Assembly: GCA_902384455.1 (NCBI GenBank)
Contig: CABMCB010000025.1
Coordinates: 1-47,687, forward strand
Length of the DNA stretch: 47,687 nt
From: an uncultured archaeon
Lineage (GTDB): Archaea; Altiarchaeota; Altiarchaeia; IMC4; SCGC-AAA252-I15
Reading direction: 5' to 3'
Below the pieces are notes generated by a model. It saw nothing but the letters and a program-made list of their open reading frames with translations, was not told where the DNA came from and ran no database searches. The position numbers and the translations under genes were made by a program. This document shows positions 36,978-44,645 of the stretch, piece after piece (the stretch's first letter is position 1; each line of letters starts with the position of its first letter).

Positions 36978-38078
36978 ATGGCAGATACGCAACTCGGCAT
37001 TGTTCTACGGCCGACAAACTTCAACGAGGTAATCGGCCAGGACGACACTGTCCAGGCAATGCGCGGCTGGATTGATAAGGGCCAGATTCCCCGTGCGGTC
37101 ATGTTGGTCGGGCCTCCGGGCACCGGCAAGACTACATTGGCGAAAATCTTGGCCCGAGGTGCGCAGGGATGGGAGTTCCCGACAGACATTGAGCCCGAAA
37201 TCATCGAGATGAATGCCGCAGACTCCACCGGCATCGATGACATGCGCGACCTCATCCAGGATACCCAGTCCTTCCCGATGGTTGGGAAACTGCGTGTTAT
37301 CATCCTGGACGAAGCGCACATGCTCTCGAAAGCAGCGCAGAACTGCCTGTTGAAGCCGTTCGAGGAGGCGAACTCGGCAACCCTGTGGGTCATCTGCACC
37401 ACGGAAACCTCCAAGATTATTCCAGCCCTGGTGACTCGCTGCCAGCGATTTGACCTAAAGCGGCTGACCAAGAAGAACATCCACGAACTGCTTGTGCGCG
37501 CTGCGACTTATACCGGAACTGCCGACTTTGCGCAGTTCGAGGAAATTGCAATCAGGGAGAACCTGAACCAACCGCGCCCGCTGTTGAATGCTTTTGGTAA
37601 CTTCGCCAACGGTGTGCCCGCGGCGGAGGCCATCAACGCACAGCTGAACACATTCGGTGTTGATGCCTTCGAGATTGCCAAGAACACCGTTTATGGTTCC
37701 TGGGACAAGGACGGACAGGTGTGGGGCAAGCCAGCCAAGTCCGTGCAATCATTGCTCAAAGAAATGGAAGACATCTTCAAGAGGAAAAAGAAGGCTTCCC
37801 AGGCGGACGACGTCACTGAAGCGGAAACTGAAGAGGAGCTAGCCAACCCGAAGGATGATGCCGTCAGCCGGCCAGAGTTTGCGCGCACAGTGCGCGCCAT
37901 CCTCGGTGGGTTGTTGAAGGCAGAAATCCTCAAAGGCAACACCAAAGCCGTGCGCAGTATTAACCTGCTGGTCCATTCGGTTCCCACCAACCCATTCGAT
38001 GCCCCGTTGGAGTATCCTGCCTTGACAGGCGTTCTTTTTCGTATTAACATGACTATGCGTGGTCAGGAGTACAAATGA
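36978..38078 (+). CDS. dnaX: Clamp loader, DNA polymerase III gamma/tau-like AAA+ ATPase
   Basis: RPTNFNEVIGQ, GPPGTGKTT, EMNAAD, LDEAHML, NCLLK..EE, TRC. Confidence 0.88.
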   Translation: MADTQLGIVLRPTNFNEVIGQDDTVQAMRGWIDKGQIPRAVMLVGPPGTGKTTLAKILARGAQGWEFPTDIEPEIIEMNAADSTGIDDMRDLIQDTQSFPMVGKLRVIILDEAHMLSKAAQNCLLKPFEEANSATLWVICTTETSKIIPALVTRCQRFDLKRLTKKNIHELLVRAATYTGTADFAQFEEIAIRENLNQPRPLLNAFGNFANGVPAAEAINAQLNTFGVDAFEIAKNTVYGSWDKDGQVWGKPAKSVQSLLKEMEDIFKRKKKASQADDVTEAETEEELANPKDDAVSRPEFARTVRAILGGLLKAEILKGNTKAVRSINLLVHSVPTNPFDAPLEYPALTGVLFRINMTMRGQEYK

Positions 38079-38602
38079 CGTACACAGGCTCCAAAGCATT
38101 TGCTGGCTTCACCCCCGGTGGAACCCGCACCCGTATTAACGGTACCACAATCGGTGAGGTTTGCAAAATCGTTCACACCCCCGGCAAGCAAGTCAAGTTC
38201 GCTGCAAACTTCGTCATCGGCGACCCCGGCCAGGAGCTCTTGATAGCTCTGTTCCTCTCACAGGAACCTTCCGTGTTCGCTATGGAGCTGCCCGAATCCG
38301 TTGGGGTGAAATACACGTTTGACGGCACGGTGTCCGATATCAATATCGTCTACATCCCCGCGAAGGAAGTGAAGTTCTTTGCAACGTTTAGCATCAAAGA
38401 CCCGGCCGATGACGGGCCCGAGGTTGAGGCCATCGAATGGGAGCAGGACATTGCCTGGGACGAGAGCGAAATCGGCAAGCTCATCAAACAGTATTTTGCC
38501 GAAGAGCGAGCGAAGTACGAGCCGCTTTATACCGAAACACGTCCCGCGGGCGGTGGATTTGTCGAAGTGGTGGACGGGCACTCTTATCACTATATACCGT
38601 GA
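38075..38602 (+). CDS. Hypothetical protein resembling a shortened tail tube protein
   Basis: YTGSKA...IGEV...N.V.GDPGQ...F..ELP...G..YTF.GTV pattern recalled from siphovirus tail tubes. Confidence 0.4.
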   Translation: MTYTGSKAFAGFTPGGTRTRINGTTIGEVCKIVHTPGKQVKFAANFVIGDPGQELLIALFLSQEPSVFAMELPESVGVKYTFDGTVSDINIVYIPAKEVKFFATFSIKDPADDGPEVEAIEWEQDIAWDESEIGKLIKQYFAEERAKYEPLYTETRPAGGGFVEVVDGHSYHYIP

Positions 38603-38850
38603 TTTTCTACTTCCAACTCGGTAAGTTTGAATTTCGTCTTCGCCTGAATGCCCGGGATATGAACCGGCTAGGACGAGTTTGGGAATGGCGGCTTACCCTC
38701 CCGTGGCGCGGGCGCGTTGTTGAACGCGGGGAAGGTGTAAGTTATTCGTCATACGGTGACGAAGGAAGCCTGACATATTGGGAGCGCAAGGACGGCCATC
38801 AAGTCAATTGGGAGTTGCAATCGCCGCTCCGTAAGTGGGAGCAGGGATGA
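38599..38850 (+). CDS. Hypothetical protein
   Basis: GTGA and ATGA coupling on both sides. Confidence 0.5.
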   Translation: MIFYFQLGKFEFRLRLNARDMNRLGRVWEWRLTLPWRGRVVERGEGVSYSSYGDEGSLTYWERKDGHQVNWELQSPLRKWEQG

Positions 38851-39248
38851 AACTTGCTGGCGAGCATGCAGCCCTGATTTTCACACGGTCTTACGGGCCT
38901 TATGTCCGTTTGTACCTGACGTTGCACTTCGCTAAGAAGAAGGAACGGCCCTGGCGGTTTGCGGGTGGTAAGCTGGAACCCGGTGAAACACCTGAGCAGG
39001 CGGCTATCCGGGAAGCTAAGGAAGAACTCAACGTCACGGTGACCAAGTTGCGCAAGGTGAAGGAAATTACCACAGTGGCCGACGGCGGCAAGTGGAATGG
39101 CCATTGGTTCCTTGTGGAAGATTTCACCGGGACCATCAAGATTCTTGAACCCGAGAAACACGATGCTGCAAAGTACATGACTCGGTCGGAAGTGGAGTAC
39201 TATTGTGGCAGCAGCTCACCGGAATGGGAGGCTGTCAATGCAATATAG
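38847..39248 (+). CDS. Nudix hydrolase (MutT-like)
   Basis: Nudix box GGKLEPGETPEQAAIREAKEELNV. Confidence 0.9.
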   Translation: MKLAGEHAALIFTRSYGPYVRLYLTLHFAKKKERPWRFAGGKLEPGETPEQAAIREAKEELNVTVTKLRKVKEITTVADGGKWNGHWFLVEDFTGTIKILEPEKHDAAKYMTRSEVEYYCGSSSPEWEAVNAI

Positions 39249-39663
39249 CAAATCTGGGCTACAGCTCACTGAGTCGTTTGAGGGCTGCAAGCTGGTTGCT
39301 TATCAAGATTCCGTCGGCCGCTGGACCATCGGTTTCGGACATACCGCGGGTGTGCAACCCGGCGACACCTGTACGTTGGAGCAAGCAGAGGCCATGCTGG
39401 CTGCTGATACCGCTTGGGCACAGGCTTTCGTCAATCACATCGTGAAGATGCAGCTGACACAAGGCGAGTTTGATGCGCTAGTGGACTTCACGTTCAACTT
39501 GGGCTCCGGCAACTTCTCTCATTCGACATTGTTGACCCTAGTAAACCAGGGTAACTTCAGCGCCGCAGCCAATGAGTTCCAGAAGTGGGACAAGGCTGGC
39601 GGAGTAGTTGTCGCGGGTTTGCTTCGCCGTCGTGTGGCAGAACAGAACGAATTCAATAGCTAG
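39238..39663 (+). CDS. Endolysin, GH24 lysozyme
   Basis: FEGC...AYQD...WTIGFGHT catalytic triad, ALVDFTFNLG, GLLRRR. Confidence 0.93.
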   Translation: MQYSKSGLQLTESFEGCKLVAYQDSVGRWTIGFGHTAGVQPGDTCTLEQAEAMLAADTAWAQAFVNHIVKMQLTQGEFDALVDFTFNLGSGNFSHSTLLTLVNQGNFSAAANEFQKWDKAGGVVVAGLLRRRVAEQNEFNS

Positions 39664-39773
39664 GCCGGAACACGGATGGCAGGTAAGCCAGAGGCAAATT
39701 GTGGTAACCTCTCTGCCGCAAAGGCAGGCCACCACTAACACGGGAGGGTGGCTGCGGCGCGCAGTTGCCCTCC
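39663..39773 (+). ncRNA. Candidate structured RNA between endolysin and putative holin
   Basis: Four consecutive short hairpins, a possible pseudoknot, then a 14-bp stem. Confidence 0.4.
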
Positions 39774-39789
39774 TACCCTTTGAGGTTTT

Positions 39790-40089
39790 ATGAGTGAAGT
39801 AGACGCAATCAAGAAAATCATGGCGCTGCCACAAGCGGAATATGAGGTCGCTAGGCAGAAGTTCCAGCAGGCGCGCCCACTGTTTTGCCGGGTGACCGAT
39901 ATGTTCAACGGTACGTGTCGGTTCTTCGCTGTGGTGTTCTCCACTGTTGGCATCATCCTCGCCTTCATGGGTAAGTTGGAGGCCAATTACGTCGCCCTAG
40001 TTGGCGCCATTCAAGCGCTGTTGGTGACACACTCTATCGGCCAGGACTACCACGAGAGGAATGAAAACAATGCTCCACCTGCTGCCTGA
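39790..40089 (+). CDS. Putative holin
   Basis: Two hydrophobic helices; next to the endolysin; GAGG RBS. Confidence 0.5.
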   Translation: MSEVDAIKKIMALPQAEYEVARQKFQQARPLFCRVTDMFNGTCRFFAVVFSTVGIILAFMGKLEANYVALVGAIQALLVTHSIGQDYHERNENNAPPAA

Positions 40090-40195
40090 TTGGCTGGCTA
40101 TTGTTGGAATCTGGATTGGCGCCGTTGCCTTAGCTCTTACCGCGGTGAAGTTTTTGCCAAAGCGGGACAATCCGTTCCGCAAATGGGGATTGTGA
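40061..40195 (+). CDS. Single-pass membrane peptide (start 40061 or 40070)
   Basis: MKTMLHLLPDWLAIVGIWIGAVALALTAVKFLPKR...; TGATG-coupled to the next gene. Confidence 0.5.
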   Translation: MKTMLHLLPDWLAIVGIWIGAVALALTAVKFLPKRDNPFRKWGL

Positions 40196-40404
40196 TGCCT
40201 ATTTACGTCTACCAGTGCCGCAAGAACCTGGCGCATAAGTTTGAGCGAGTTGTCCAAGTCAGCAAAGACGAGCCGCAGGCAACGGTACCCTGCGAAATTG
40301 GTAAATGCCGCTCTCAGTTCATCATCGCCGACTTGATTCCAAGTCGCACAGGCACACCAATCTTCAAGAAGGGTGTTGGTGGGTTCTACCGTCCAAATGC
40401 CTAA
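40195..40404 (+). CDS. FmdB-like zinc-ribbon protein
   Basis: MPIYVYQC...HKFE...C...C...FKKG.GGFY. Confidence 0.75.
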   Translation: MPIYVYQCRKNLAHKFERVVQVSKDEPQATVPCEIGKCRSQFIIADLIPSRTGTPIFKKGVGGFYRPNA

Positions 40405-40864
40405 CGTACCCACAGCCTGCCGGACCAAAGGCTGCGGCGGATATGCAGCGGACCGCGGGCTCTGCCAGGAGTGCCTCAAGAATGAGAAACCGCCAGAACG
40501 TGTCAGCAAATTCGACCGGCGCAAAGAGTGGAAGCACCTATATCGCAAGAGCCGTTGGCGGAACCATGTCCAACCCGCTGTCCTCCGAAGAGACCCTATA
40601 TGCCGTATTTGCTCGCATAATCCCTCTACCGTCGCTGACCATATCCGTGACCACCGCGGGGATGAAACGTTATTCTTCGACTTCAAGAATCTTCAGGGTG
40701 TTTGCGAGCCCTGTCACGACAATAAAACCGGCACCGAGCACGGAATCGGCCGCGAGAAGAATTTACCTCCCAAGCCGACGGCTGTCCCGGAGCCTGGCAG
40801 TATCCCGCCAGATGTAGACTTCACAAAGCTGCTCAACCTTGACCCCAAGAAGAAGAAAGAGTAG
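40397..40864 (+). CDS. HNH endonuclease, HK97 gp74-like (packaging associated)
   Basis: Y..SRW, RDPICRIC, TVADHIRDHRGD, NLQGVCEPCHDNKT. Confidence 0.85.
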   Translation: MPNVPTACRTKGCGGYAADRGLCQECLKNEKPPERVSKFDRRKEWKHLYRKSRWRNHVQPAVLRRDPICRICSHNPSTVADHIRDHRGDETLFFDFKNLQGVCEPCHDNKTGTEHGIGREKNLPPKPTAVPEPGSIPPDVDFTKLLNLDPKKKKE

Positions 40865-40872
40865 ACTTTCTT

Positions 40873-41040
40873 ATGGTTCGTTGGAGAATTTATCGTTCGG
40901 CACCGTCTGTTTGGTCTGTTGCTATTTTCAATGGTGACGGTGTCCTCTCGGGATTTGTTGGCACGTTCAAGACTTGGGAAGATGCTCTGGCAGCCTTCGT
41001 TCGAGATGCAACGCATCAAGCGATTGTGGAGGCACTTTGA
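40873..41040 (+). CDS. 55 aa hypothetical protein
   Basis: Manual translation MVRWRIYRSAPS...; fills the gap, TGATG-coupled. Confidence 0.45.
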   Translation: MVRWRIYRSAPSVWSVAIFNGDGVLSGFVGTFKTWEDALAAFVRDATHQAIVEAL

Positions 41041-41315
41041 TGGCTGCCAAGAAGAAACCGTCTCTCAAGCAGCTGCCGACACCGCAGCAGGTTCAAGACG
41101 TCAAAGAGGCGATTGACATCCTCATCCGGGTCTGCAATAAGCACAAGTTCGCCGTGGGAGGATTCGTGTTCGGTGTGAAACCAATCATGCTGAACAATTT
41201 CGGCAACACCAAAGAGGCCAAGACTGCGGAGTTTTACGAGAAACTTGTTGAGCTGGCTGATGCTCGCCGGACAGCCGGCGATGTTCAGCATCAAACTGTT
41301 GGACGTGTGCAATGA
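41040..41315 (+). CDS. Hypothetical protein
   Basis: GGAGG before ATG 41040. Confidence 0.6.
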   Translation: MAAKKKPSLKQLPTPQQVQDVKEAIDILIRVCNKHKFAVGGFVFGVKPIMLNNFGNTKEAKTAEFYEKLVELADARRTAGDVQHQTVGRVQ

Positions 41316-41749
41316 TTGTCACCCTCATTGTTATTATCTTTGTCATCCTTATCCTCTTTTCCGGACTTATCACCGATGTGCTTGCCGCCTATGTGTGGAA
41401 GCGATGGCCGGTCGCGCTACCATTGAAACTTGTCAGGGATAACGTGCTCAAGCAAATTGAGGAGCGCGGCGCCCGCACTTGGACCAAGCAGTTAGAAGGC
41501 CAAGCATACCGCAAGGCACTCGCGGATAAGTTGATTGAAGAAGCGGAGGAAATTGGCGCGGCCGAGGACCGCTATGCTTTGACGGATGAGCTGGCAGACC
41601 TGTGGGAAGTGATGGATGCGTACCGTGTCGCTAATGGGATTCCGAAGCAAGAAATTGAAGCCGCTAGGATGCGGAAGTTTGCTGTTGCCGGCGGGTTTGC
41701 GAAGGGGTATTTTCTGTATGCAGTTTACGGAACTAAAGCACGTCGCTGA
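41312..41749 (+). CDS. MazG/HisE-like NTP pyrophosphohydrolase with N-terminal TM helix
   Basis: KLVRDN, KLIEEAEE, DELADLWEV, GGFAKG. Confidence 0.75.
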   Translation: MIVTLIVIIFVILILFSGLITDVLAAYVWKRWPVALPLKLVRDNVLKQIEERGARTWTKQLEGQAYRKALADKLIEEAEEIGAAEDRYALTDELADLWEVMDAYRVANGIPKQEIEAARMRKFAVAGGFAKGYFLYAVYGTKARR

Positions 41750-41848
41750 GGGTTTGGCTTTCTGCTGTCTGGCGACACTACTGCTACCGTTTACCCTAGC
41801 CGTCTGCATTATCTGGGCCGTGGGCTATCTGTATTTGAGGAGGGACGT

Positions 41849-42289
41849 GTGAGCCGCAAGACAAAGAAACAAACTGCGCCCGCTGACACTGGTGGGCTTG
41901 ACCTCAACTTGTCGGTTACCGAAGAACTGGCCATTGACGTCACTGCGGCGCCATCGAATGCGCATAAGGCTGTCGAAGAACTGGAAAGCCTGCCGGCGAC
42001 AAATCGATTCCAAGAGCATACAGACGTTCCCGGTAGTGGTGAACCCGCTGGCCTCAAATATCCTCTAATCCTGATTGAAGCACTGAACCAGAGTTACCTC
42101 CACATTGCCGCTCGTAAGACAAACCATCCTGAGGCCCTAGTGCTATCCAACGGCTTCCGCTACTGGACTGTTTCGCCGGAGACGATGGAACCATTCCTGT
42201 ACGAAGGTGTTCAGCTCGTTGACGGATTCCGCGACTCGAAAGTCTGGCGCCCGGTCGCCGGCAATGAAAGAGGGTGGTATGTCGGATAG
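41849..42289 (+). CDS. Hypothetical protein
   Basis: GGAGG RBS. Confidence 0.6.
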   Translation: MSRKTKKQTAPADTGGLDLNLSVTEELAIDVTAAPSNAHKAVEELESLPATNRFQEHTDVPGSGEPAGLKYPLILIEALNQSYLHIAARKTNHPEALVLSNGFRYWTVSPETMEPFLYEGVQLVDGFRDSKVWRPVAGNERGWYVG

Positions 42290-42310
42290 CGGTATGTCGG
42301 ATAGCGGTAT
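42276..42310 (+). repeat. 15-bp tandem repeat (2.3 copies) duplicating the start of the HNH-MazG gene
   Basis: GGTATGTCGGATAGC x2 + GGTAT. Confidence 0.85.
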
Positions 42311-42962
42311 CCAGGTCCAGGATGCCCCACGGAAAGCCAGAGGCAAGGGCCACGGGCTCTCCAAACTACCTGAACATTTAATTTGGTGTGGCATCAAGCG
42401 GCGCTGTTACAACCCGAAGAGTCATAGCTTTCCGTGGTATGGTGGCCGCGGTATCGGAATGTCTCCCGTCTGGAGAGAAGATTTTGCTGCTTTCTTCAGA
42501 GATGTTGGCCCTCGGCCGTCGAAACAACACAGTCTTGACCGCATCAATACGAACGGAAATTATGAACTAGGCAACGTACGCTGGGCGACTGCCGTTGAGC
42601 AAGCAAATAACAAAGGCCCTCGCCTGCCTGGTTTCATTAGTTACCAGAGAGCGGCTTCAAAAACTGCTATCTATCCTGGTAAAGGCTCTTTTACCGGAGC
42701 AATCTACTGTGCGCTCGGTCTTGCTGGTGAGGCCGGAGAATTTGCTGATAAGATTAAGAAAGTGATGAGGGATGGCAACTGTGACCTCACAGCCGACCAA
42801 CGCAAGAAACTCATTGATGAATTGGGAGACGTCTGCTGGTACGTTGCGCAACTGGCGACTGAACTTGGTGTTCAGCTACACTACGTTGCCACAAGGAACA
42901 TAGAGAAACTTGCAAGCCGACAAGAGCGCGGCACTCTCCATGGAGACGGCGACAACAGATGA
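42279..42962 (+). CDS. HNH endonuclease fused in frame to MazG-like pyrophosphohydrolase
   Basis: HNH: YGGRGI, SLDRINTNGNYELGNVRWAT; MazG: LGLAGEAGE..DKIKK, DELGDVCWY, NIEKL.SR...GDGDNR. Confidence 0.85.
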   Translation: MSDSGMSDSGIQVQDAPRKARGKGHGLSKLPEHLIWCGIKRRCYNPKSHSFPWYGGRGIGMSPVWREDFAAFFRDVGPRPSKQHSLDRINTNGNYELGNVRWATAVEQANNKGPRLPGFISYQRAASKTAIYPGKGSFTGAIYCALGLAGEAGEFADKIKKVMRDGNCDLTADQRKKLIDELGDVCWYVAQLATELGVQLHYVATRNIEKLASRQERGTLHGDGDNR

Positions 42963-43201
42963 AACTCTCACCCGAGAAATTGAACGAGTTCATTGAGCGG
43001 GTCAAAGGGACCACACTCAATATGAGTACCGTGCTCGAAGAGGAATTCGATGTGCCTGGCGGTATTGATGGCCTAGACCCATCTCAGCTGCTAGACATCG
43101 ATAGCGAAATCTTCGAGTGTGAGCGGTGTAACTGGATTTGCGCCGATGACGAACGGGTGAATGAGGATGATGTTTGTCGAGATTGTTTGGAGAGTGAGTG
43201 A
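42959..43201 (+). CDS. Small acidic zinc-finger protein
   Basis: CERC...CRDC. Confidence 0.6.
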   Translation: MKLSPEKLNEFIERVKGTTLNMSTVLEEEFDVPGGIDGLDPSQLLDIDSEIFECERCNWICADDERVNEDDVCRDCLESE

Positions 43202-43713
43202 TGGGACATCGTGTGCTCATACCGGCCAGGGAGATTGAAGTTCGCACTCAGTCTCTCGGGCAGGAGATTTCCAGTTATTTTGCCGGCTGCGGCGGGCTAG
43301 ACCGTGTGGTGGTGACGTTGAAGGGCGCTGCCATGTTTGCGCAATCGCTACTGCGCTGGTTGCCGTATGATGTGGAAGTGAGCTATATCACTGCCAAGTC
43401 CTACCATGGCGACGCACAGCGGAGTTCCGGCAAAGTGGAAATCTATCCGCAATTCTTCACCAAGCCAAGCGAGAACATCCTAGTCATTGAAGATATCGTG
43501 GACACTGGGTATACACTCAAAGCAATTTGCGACCACATTGTCCAACCGCAGAGGATTGTCATTGTCTCTCTCCTCAACAAACCGAGCCGGCGCCAAATAG
43601 ACATCGGTCCTCACTGGTACGGATTTGAAATCCCTGACCTGTTCGTGTATGGCCATGGACTTGACCTAGACGAGAAGCAGCGCGGGCTCCCGGACGTGAT
43701 GGTCGTCGAGTAA
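43198..43713 (+). CDS. hpt: Hypoxanthine/guanine phosphoribosyltransferase
   Basis: LKGA, KSY, ILVIEDIVDTGYTL PRPP loop, FVYGHGLD. Confidence 0.88.
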   Translation: MMGHRVLIPAREIEVRTQSLGQEISSYFAGCGGLDRVVVTLKGAAMFAQSLLRWLPYDVEVSYITAKSYHGDAQRSSGKVEIYPQFFTKPSENILVIEDIVDTGYTLKAICDHIVQPQRIVIVSLLNKPSRRQIDIGPHWYGFEIPDLFVYGHGLDLDEKQRGLPDVMVVE

Positions 43714-43985
43714 TGCTCATTATCACTGCACAACAGGTCCAGAACACCGACGGCATTTGCGCCTACGTCGTCAAAGCCTTCATCAACACACGACCAATCT
43801 GGGAGGGCACTGTTGGCGGCCACATACGTTCTAATGGTTGGCCAGTTCTCGCCGGCCATATCGCCCGCAAAGCAGGCTTGCAATCTCCTGAAGAACTCCG
43901 TACAATTGAACAGTCATTGAAGGTCGCCGTGGACGGCCTAAAGCACTGTCCAGTGTGCGACAGAATCTTGGGATATGCGGAATGA
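43713..43985 (+). CDS. Hypothetical protein
   Basis: TAATG-coupled; C-terminal CPVC. Confidence 0.55.
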   Translation: MLIITAQQVQNTDGICAYVVKAFINTRPIWEGTVGGHIRSNGWPVLAGHIARKAGLQSPEELRTIEQSLKVAVDGLKHCPVCDRILGYAE

Positions 43986-44373
43986 AATCAGTAGAATCCT
44001 ACTTACAGCACCGCCGCACTGTCAAATCTTCGGTAGCACTATCTCGAAGTGCTGGCACGGTGTTTACCTGGCCTCTCCCTGGGAGGTGAGAAGTGGTGAA
44101 GCGCGCTATTGCCAGTTCTGTACGCCTTCTTGCAATGATGACTTTGGTGTTGGTGGGCTCTTGTACGCTATGCGCGAACGGGCAGAACGAGCCCGACGGC
44201 AAGCGCAAGGCCGAAATCATAAGCGCGCTGGCGGCGCATGGTTGTCCAGTCTCAAACTGGCAGGAAGCAACAAGCCAAATGCGCAAGATGGCGGCGGACC
44301 GCGGGTGGCAAACACACCGCGTCCCCGACGCACGAGTGCTGCTGCTCCTCGAACTCGGAAGCGCACACAGTAA
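43975..44373 (+). CDS. Third CxHGV...YCxFC motif protein (overlaps the next gene)
   Basis: KCWHGVYLAS...ARYCQFCTP. Confidence 0.45.
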   Translation: MRNEISRILLTAPPHCQIFGSTISKCWHGVYLASPWEVRSGEARYCQFCTPSCNDDFGVGGLLYAMRERAERARRQAQGRNHKRAGGAWLSSLKLAGSNKPNAQDGGGPRVANTPRPRRTSAAAPRTRKRTQ

Positions 44374-44449
44374 CCGTTGGATGGCCTTTCTGCCCGCCAA
44401 CAAACACTTGGACCCGCCATACGGAGGGAAAGATGCTGACGAAAATTAA
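44096..44449 (+). CDS. Secreted peptidoglycan-binding-domain-like protein
   Basis: Signal-peptide-like N-terminus; EIISAL...W...M...DRGWQT..VPDARVL...LG; GGAGGTG RBS. Confidence 0.55.
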   Translation: MKRAIASSVRLLAMMTLVLVGSCTLCANGQNEPDGKRKAEIISALAAHGCPVSNWQEATSQMRKMAADRGWQTHRVPDARVLLLLELGSAHSNRWMAFLPANKHLDPPYGGKDADEN

Positions 44450-44645
44450 GGGAACACTGGACTACGCAATTGTGTGGTCCCTGCGCGCCTCCTCTTCGCT
44501 GTTGTTCGCTATCGGCGCAGTTCTCACTGTGTCTACCCTCATTGCTGCGCTAAACGTCGTGCCCGAACTGCTGGTTGTTGCAGCTATCGGTGGCAGCGCG
44601 CTGACGGCCGCAACGTGGATGTGGCAAAAGGCCGGCAAGTTGTGA
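44433..44645 (+). CDS. Two-TM membrane protein
   Basis: GGAGG RBS; two hydrophobic helices. Confidence 0.55.
   Translation: MLTKIKGTLDYAIVWSLRASSSLLFAIGAVLTVSTLIAALNVVPELLVVAAIGGSALTAATWMWQKAGKL

Noticed and set aside
39691-39730. Resemblance to a c-di-GMP-I riboswitch (GGCAAA...GTAA...GCAAAG)
   Set aside because: The stem flanking the tetraloop does not pair and the second conserved hairpin is absent.
10495-40686. Long minus-strand ORFs in the rightward arm (e.g. 10495..11076, 13584..14207, 16637..17347, 39997..40686)
   Set aside because: Each lies opposite a well-supported gene and shows no recognisable domain.
28182-42962. HD hydrolase plus MazG as a Z-genome (DatZ/MazZ) pathway
   Set aside because: No PurZ in the window, and the HD protein looks SpoT-like rather than DatZ-like.
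33229-42962. Inteins or group I introns explaining the HNH fusions
   Set aside because: The HNH parts are N-terminal, with no Cys/Ser start, no His-Asn end, and no flanking non-coding intron sequence.
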